Below are positions 60,178 through 64,000 of a DNA stretch of 64,000 nucleotides, piece after piece (positions within the stretch are counted from its first letter, which is position 1; the number at the start of each line of letters is the position of its first letter). The position numbers and the translations under genes were made by a program. Below the pieces are notes generated by a model. It was not told the DNA's origin, searched no databases, and saw nothing but the letters and a program-made list of their open reading frames with translations. The stretch covers positions 261,855 to 325,854 of the IMG/VR virus record IMGVR_UViG_3300003877_000001; one strand, written 5' to 3'.

Positions 60178-61189
60178 TTAACTATTTCTAAATTCCACAT
60201 TTGTTTCAATGCTTTTAGCTTCTGAAATATAAAATTTATAATTTATACCACCCCAAAGAGTTGTTGGTGAATTTACATTTACTGTTGAAGGTGCTGGATA
60301 TTTATTACCACTAGGGTATACGCCACCAATTATTCCATTTGATAATGCTGTTACATACCATATTACTTTTGTTGTTTCGCTTGCTGGATGTGCCATCCAT
60401 GTCCATTCAGCACCTGAAGTATTAAAATTAGCATTTACAGTTCCACTTGAAGCTGCTACTACTTTAGTACCACTATCAATTAATGCTTGATTAGGTGTTG
60501 GTCTTGTTGCACCAGCATCTGTTCCATAAAACCAAGGGTATATACCTGTTACCGTTGTAGACTTTGAACCTGTTGTACCTGCTGCTAATGGTGTACTAAA
60601 ATTACCACCAGCACTATCTAATGGTTGTTCACCAATATCATATGATACTGTTGAACTCCAAGTATTTGCACCTAACAATATCACATAATCAGTAATTGAT
60701 GGTGATAAAGATAACGATGTGGATAATGTTGAAGATGGTAAACCTGTACCAGTAAAATTATATGTATTTGGTAATCCACTTCTAAATCCTGATGTGCCAT
60801 AAGCTGGTGTTATTAAACCCCTATCAAATGTTGCAGTGAAATTAATTGTACCCAGGTGCAACTAATGTTGGAAATAATGTAGGAACTAAAAGTTCTTCTA
60901 ACAATTCATTTGATGTTTTACCTGTTAAAACAGTACCTGTTGTAATTCCACCAACATCGATTGCTGCTGGTGAAGATAGATTATAAGTAATACCACTAGT
61001 ACCACTAACAACATTATCATCAACATATTTTTTTGTTACAATTTCTTCATCATTAGTAAATGTTGGTTGTGAATTATATTTTAAACTACCATCATCACCA
61101 ATAATATTATCACCTAATAAGTTTAATGTTGAACCTGTTTGTTGTTCAAATTTACTATTATCTAAATTTAATTTTGTGCTAAATGCCAT
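60178..61189 (-). CDS. fibre/decoration gene split by a +1 frameshift at ~60853 (ORFs 60842..61189 and 60178..60861)
   Basis: ...PTLVAP then +1 frame GTINFTATFDRGLITP...; same two-part architecture as 62025..63304. Confidence 0.65.
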
Positions 61190-61278
61190 TTTCTATATAT
61201 TTTTATTTTAATATTTATTTGGTTTCAATTTAATATAAATAGTTTTTTTTTATCTATAACCCAATTATTTTTTTATTA

Positions 61279-62013
61279 TTATGGTACTTGTGAAGTTACA
61301 CTCCAAAACACTCCATTATAAACAATTGTAAATGAACCATAATCAGTATTAATTAATGCACTAATATCATTTAATATATTATTACCATTTCCATTAATTG
61401 TAATATTAGTTGTACCAGCAGTACCAACACCATCAATAAATGTAACCTCATTCCCAATTAGTGGAGATGAACTTAAAGTATATCCTGTTGTACCTGATGC
61501 GATATAAATTTTATCTGTTGTTGTTGTTGGGATGTTTATATTAATACCTGTTGTAACAAAAGTTTCTTTTGGTGTCCCACTTCCACCTGATAATGCACTT
61601 AAATCAGCAATAATATCTGGTAATCCAATAGTTCTACTTAAAATTAAATTACTACCAACTAATGTTGCTCCTGAAACAACACCATCTGTAACACCACTCA
61701 CACCAATATTAACATTAATATCAGATAAACCTTGTGTTCTATGTAACAATAATGTTGAACCACTATATGTCGCACCAGATACATATATATCTTTAACTGT
61801 TTTTACTAATAAATCACCATCACTAATAGCAGTTTCATACCAATATTCAACATTACCAATATTAACAGTTAAACCAATATATCTTTCAGAAGATAATATT
61901 ATACTATTAACTTCCGCAATTGAAGCATATGGTAAATTAGAGTTATTTAAGTATCTCTTATCTACTGGTTTCGGTGCTGATATTTTAAAATTATCGTTAA
62001 ATGCTATTGCCAT
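61279..62013 (-). CDS. short fibre/decoration protein
   Basis: Shares N-terminal module with 57615 and 62714 ORFs, and C-terminal INTDYG module with 57615. Confidence 0.7.
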   Translation of the reverse strand: MAIAFNDNFKISAPKPVDKRYLNNSNLPYASIAEVNSIILSSERYIGLTVNIGNVEYWYETAISDGDLLVKTVKDIYVSGATYSGSTLLLHRTQGLSDINVNIGVSGVTDGVVSGATLVGSNLILSRTIGLPDIIADLSALSGGSGTPKETFVTTGININIPTTTTDKIYIASGTTGYTLSSSPLIGNEVTFIDGVGTAGTTNITINGNGNNILNDISALINTDYGSFTIVYNGVFWSVTSQVP

Positions 62014-62024
62014 TTTATTTTATT

Positions 62025-63304
62025 TTAACTATTTTTAAATGTTAATGTATAAGGAACACCACCATCATATGATGATGTTTGAAAATTACTTATATATATT
62101 TTATAATTAATACCACTCCATAAAGAAGTTGGTGAATCAATATTTATTACATCAGGATCTGGAAATAAATTACCACCTCCTGAAACAGCACCACCAATTA
62201 ATCCATTATTACTCGGTGAATTCGAACCTTCCCATTTAGTTTTTGATGTTGATATATTTGGTATTGCAAACCAAATCCACTCACCAGTTGCATTAAAATT
62301 ACCAACAGATATTGTTCCAACACTACTAGTAACTTGTTTATTTATATCACCACTATCAATTAATGCTTGATTAGGTGTTGGTCTTGTTGCACCAGCAACA
62401 GTTCCATAAAACCAAGGGTATATACCTGTAATTGTATTTGAAACTGCACCTGTTGTACCTGCTGCTAATGGTGTACTAAAATTACCACCAGCACTATCTA
62501 ATGGTTGTTCACCAATATCATATGATATACTACTTGTCCATGTATTACTACCTAATAAAATACTATAATTCGTTATTGACTGATTATCAGTTAATGCTGT
62601 TAATGCGACAGGTAAAACAGGTAAATCTGTTCCAGTATAATTATATGTATTTGGTAATCCACTTCTAAATCCTGATGTGCCATAAGCTGGTGTTATTAAA
62701 CCCCTATCAAATGTTAAATAAAACCAACTTCCTTTATTGCAGTTTGATCATCTATAAACATATTACTTGGTGCAACCAATGTTGGTGTATAAACTGTTGT
62801 TACAATATCTTCAATTATTTCTGATAATGTTTTACCAATTAATGGTGTTCCCGAAACCATGCCACCAGCATCAATATTTGATGGTGATGCACCTGTATAT
62901 ATTGGTTGTGTGTTACCAGTGACTTGGGTAAATATTATTATCTCACTACCACTTGTTGTTACCACAGTATCACCAGAACCTTTAATTGTTCTTAATTCAG
63001 CAGTAGTACCACTTAATCCAGAATAAACTTGACCAGCACCAGTACCTGTATTTTGAATACCAACAATACTAGTTCCACCAGAAGCTGTAATTTTTTGAAC
63101 TAATTGACCATCTGCAACACCGTCTTTATACCAATACTCTTCATTAGCTATGTTAACAGTTAGACCTAAATATCTTTGGGCAATACCAATAGTTGTATTA
63201 ACCTCTAAAACGTCAACATAGGGTGTATTATCACCATTAAGATACTTATCATCTAATGGAGCACCAACTAATATTTTTAAATTATCATTTAATATAATTG
63301 CCAT
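62025..63304 (-). CDS. fibre/decoration gene split by a -1 frameshift at ~62720 (ORF 62714..63304 plus start-less frame 62025..62747)
   Basis: KEVGFI* overlaps -1 frame ...YLTFDRGLITPAYG...TLTFKNS*. Confidence 0.65.
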
Positions 63305-63306
63305 AA

Positions 63307-64000
63307 TTAACTATTTCTAAATTCCATATAAGTCGCAGCTTGTTGTTTATTTGCGATATATATATCATAATTTACACCAGACCATAATCCTGTTGGTGAA
63401 TTTATATTTATTCCAGCAGCACTATCACTTACAAGTGAAGGAAATAAATTACCACCTGCTGACACCAAACCACCAATTACACCATTTGATAATCCATTTA
63501 CATACCAAATTAGTTTTGATGTTGATGTACTCGGTATTGCAAACCATACATAATCATCACCTGTTGCACCAAAATTATTTACTATTATTGTACCATCACT
63601 ACCTGCAACTACTTTAGTACCACTATTAATTAATGTTTGATCTGGTAATGGTCTATTTCCACCAGCAACAGCACCACCAGAAGGAACAGTTCCATAAAAC
63701 CAAGGATATATACCAGTTATATTTAATGACTTTGAACCTGTTGTACCTGCTGCTAATGGTGTACTAAAATTACCACCAGCACTATCTAATGGTTGTTCAC
63801 CAATATCATATGATACTATTGAACTCCAAGTTTGTATACCTAATAGTATTATATAATTTGTAATTTGTTGGACATTAGTTAATGATGTCGATACTGCTGT
63901 TGTAGGTAAATCTGTTCCAGTATAATTATATGTATTTGGTAATCCACTTCTAAATCCTGATGTGCCATAAGCTGGTGTTATTAAACCCCTATCAAATGTT
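63307..64000 (-). CDS. fibre/decoration protein C-terminal part, partial
   Basis: Open frame TFDRGLITPAYG...MEFRNS*, third paralogous copy; start lies beyond the window. Confidence 0.75.
   Translation of the reverse strand, partial: TFDRGLITPAYGTSGFRSGLPNTYNYTGTDLPTTAVSTSLTNVQQITNYIILLGIQTWSSIVSYDIGEQPLDSAGGNFSTPLAAGTTGSKSLNITGIYPWFYGTVPSGGAVAGGNRPLPDQTLINSGTKVVAGSDGTIIVNNFGATGDDYVWFAIPSTSTSKLIWYVNGLSNGVIGGLVSAGGNLFPSLVSDSAAGININSPTGLWSGVNYDIYIANKQQAATYMEFRNS

Larger units (their letters stand above)
60480..64000. repeat. three near-identical copies of coding blocks (TFDRGLITPAYGTSGFRSGLPNTYN and YDIGEQPLDSAGGNFSTPLAAGTTG)
   Basis: Identical ~75-bp stretches near 60757-60832, 62640-62715, 63925-64000 and near 60567-60647, 62447-62527, 63735-63815. 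Confidence 0.85.

Noticed and set aside
667-63617. Short plus-strand ORFs (e.g. 38199..38579, 50544..50951, 58798..59346, 61532..62038)
   Set aside because: Antisense shadows of minus-strand genes with biased codons; no motifs or promoters
1-64000. Stop-codon reassignment (TAG/TGA recoding, seen in some large phages)
   Set aside because: Long genes are intact in the standard code, TAG and TGA end real genes, and the breaks found are frameshifts rather than in-frame stops
1-64000. CRISPR array, tRNA, rRNA or structured ncRNA
   Set aside because: Intergenic gaps are short and AT-rich with only terminator-size hairpins; no repeat-spacer pattern or cloverleaf seen by eye
60480-64000. Triplicated blocks as DGR template/variable repeats or an invertase shufflon
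   Set aside because: All copies are direct and coding, with no A-specific mismatches, and no RT or recombinase is in the window

Overview
AT-rich (roughly 27% GC by eye), densely coding fragment of a large myovirus-like (probably jumbo) tailed phage in the standard genetic code. Every credible gene but one is on the minus strand. Bacteroidota-type TAnnTTTG promoters and the lack of obvious Shine-Dalgarno sites suggest a Bacteroidota host. Layout: 0.3-3.8 kb nucleases, RuvC and a metallophosphoesterase; 3.8-19 kb baseplate/tail genes (gp6- and gp25-like, beta-propellers, poly-Thr linkers) with interspersed glycosyltransferases; 21-36 kb a GT4 and a conflict/RNA-repair block (ParB-like, HAD, 2H phosphoesterase, CCA-adding enzyme, GNAT+kinase polyprotein, WYL, Nudix); 36.5-44.5 kb family B DNA polymerase and an SNF2 helicase with two inteins; 46-64 kb mosaic fibre/adhesin genes with a GT9 plus sulfotransferase pair. 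Best leads: (1) intein 2 encodes a Zn-finger/Vsr-like endonuclease in the +1 frame while its own frame stays open; (2) a candidate virion O-glycosylation/sulfation system with an enriched [S/T]-G-x-T motif in structural proteins; (3) a possibly head-packaged tRNA 3'-end repair kit (2H + HAD + HD-less CCA); (4) a GTATTTATA phage promoter that flips with gene orientation; (5) recurrent deletion scars and frameshifts. All family calls come from motif recognition; no searches were run.
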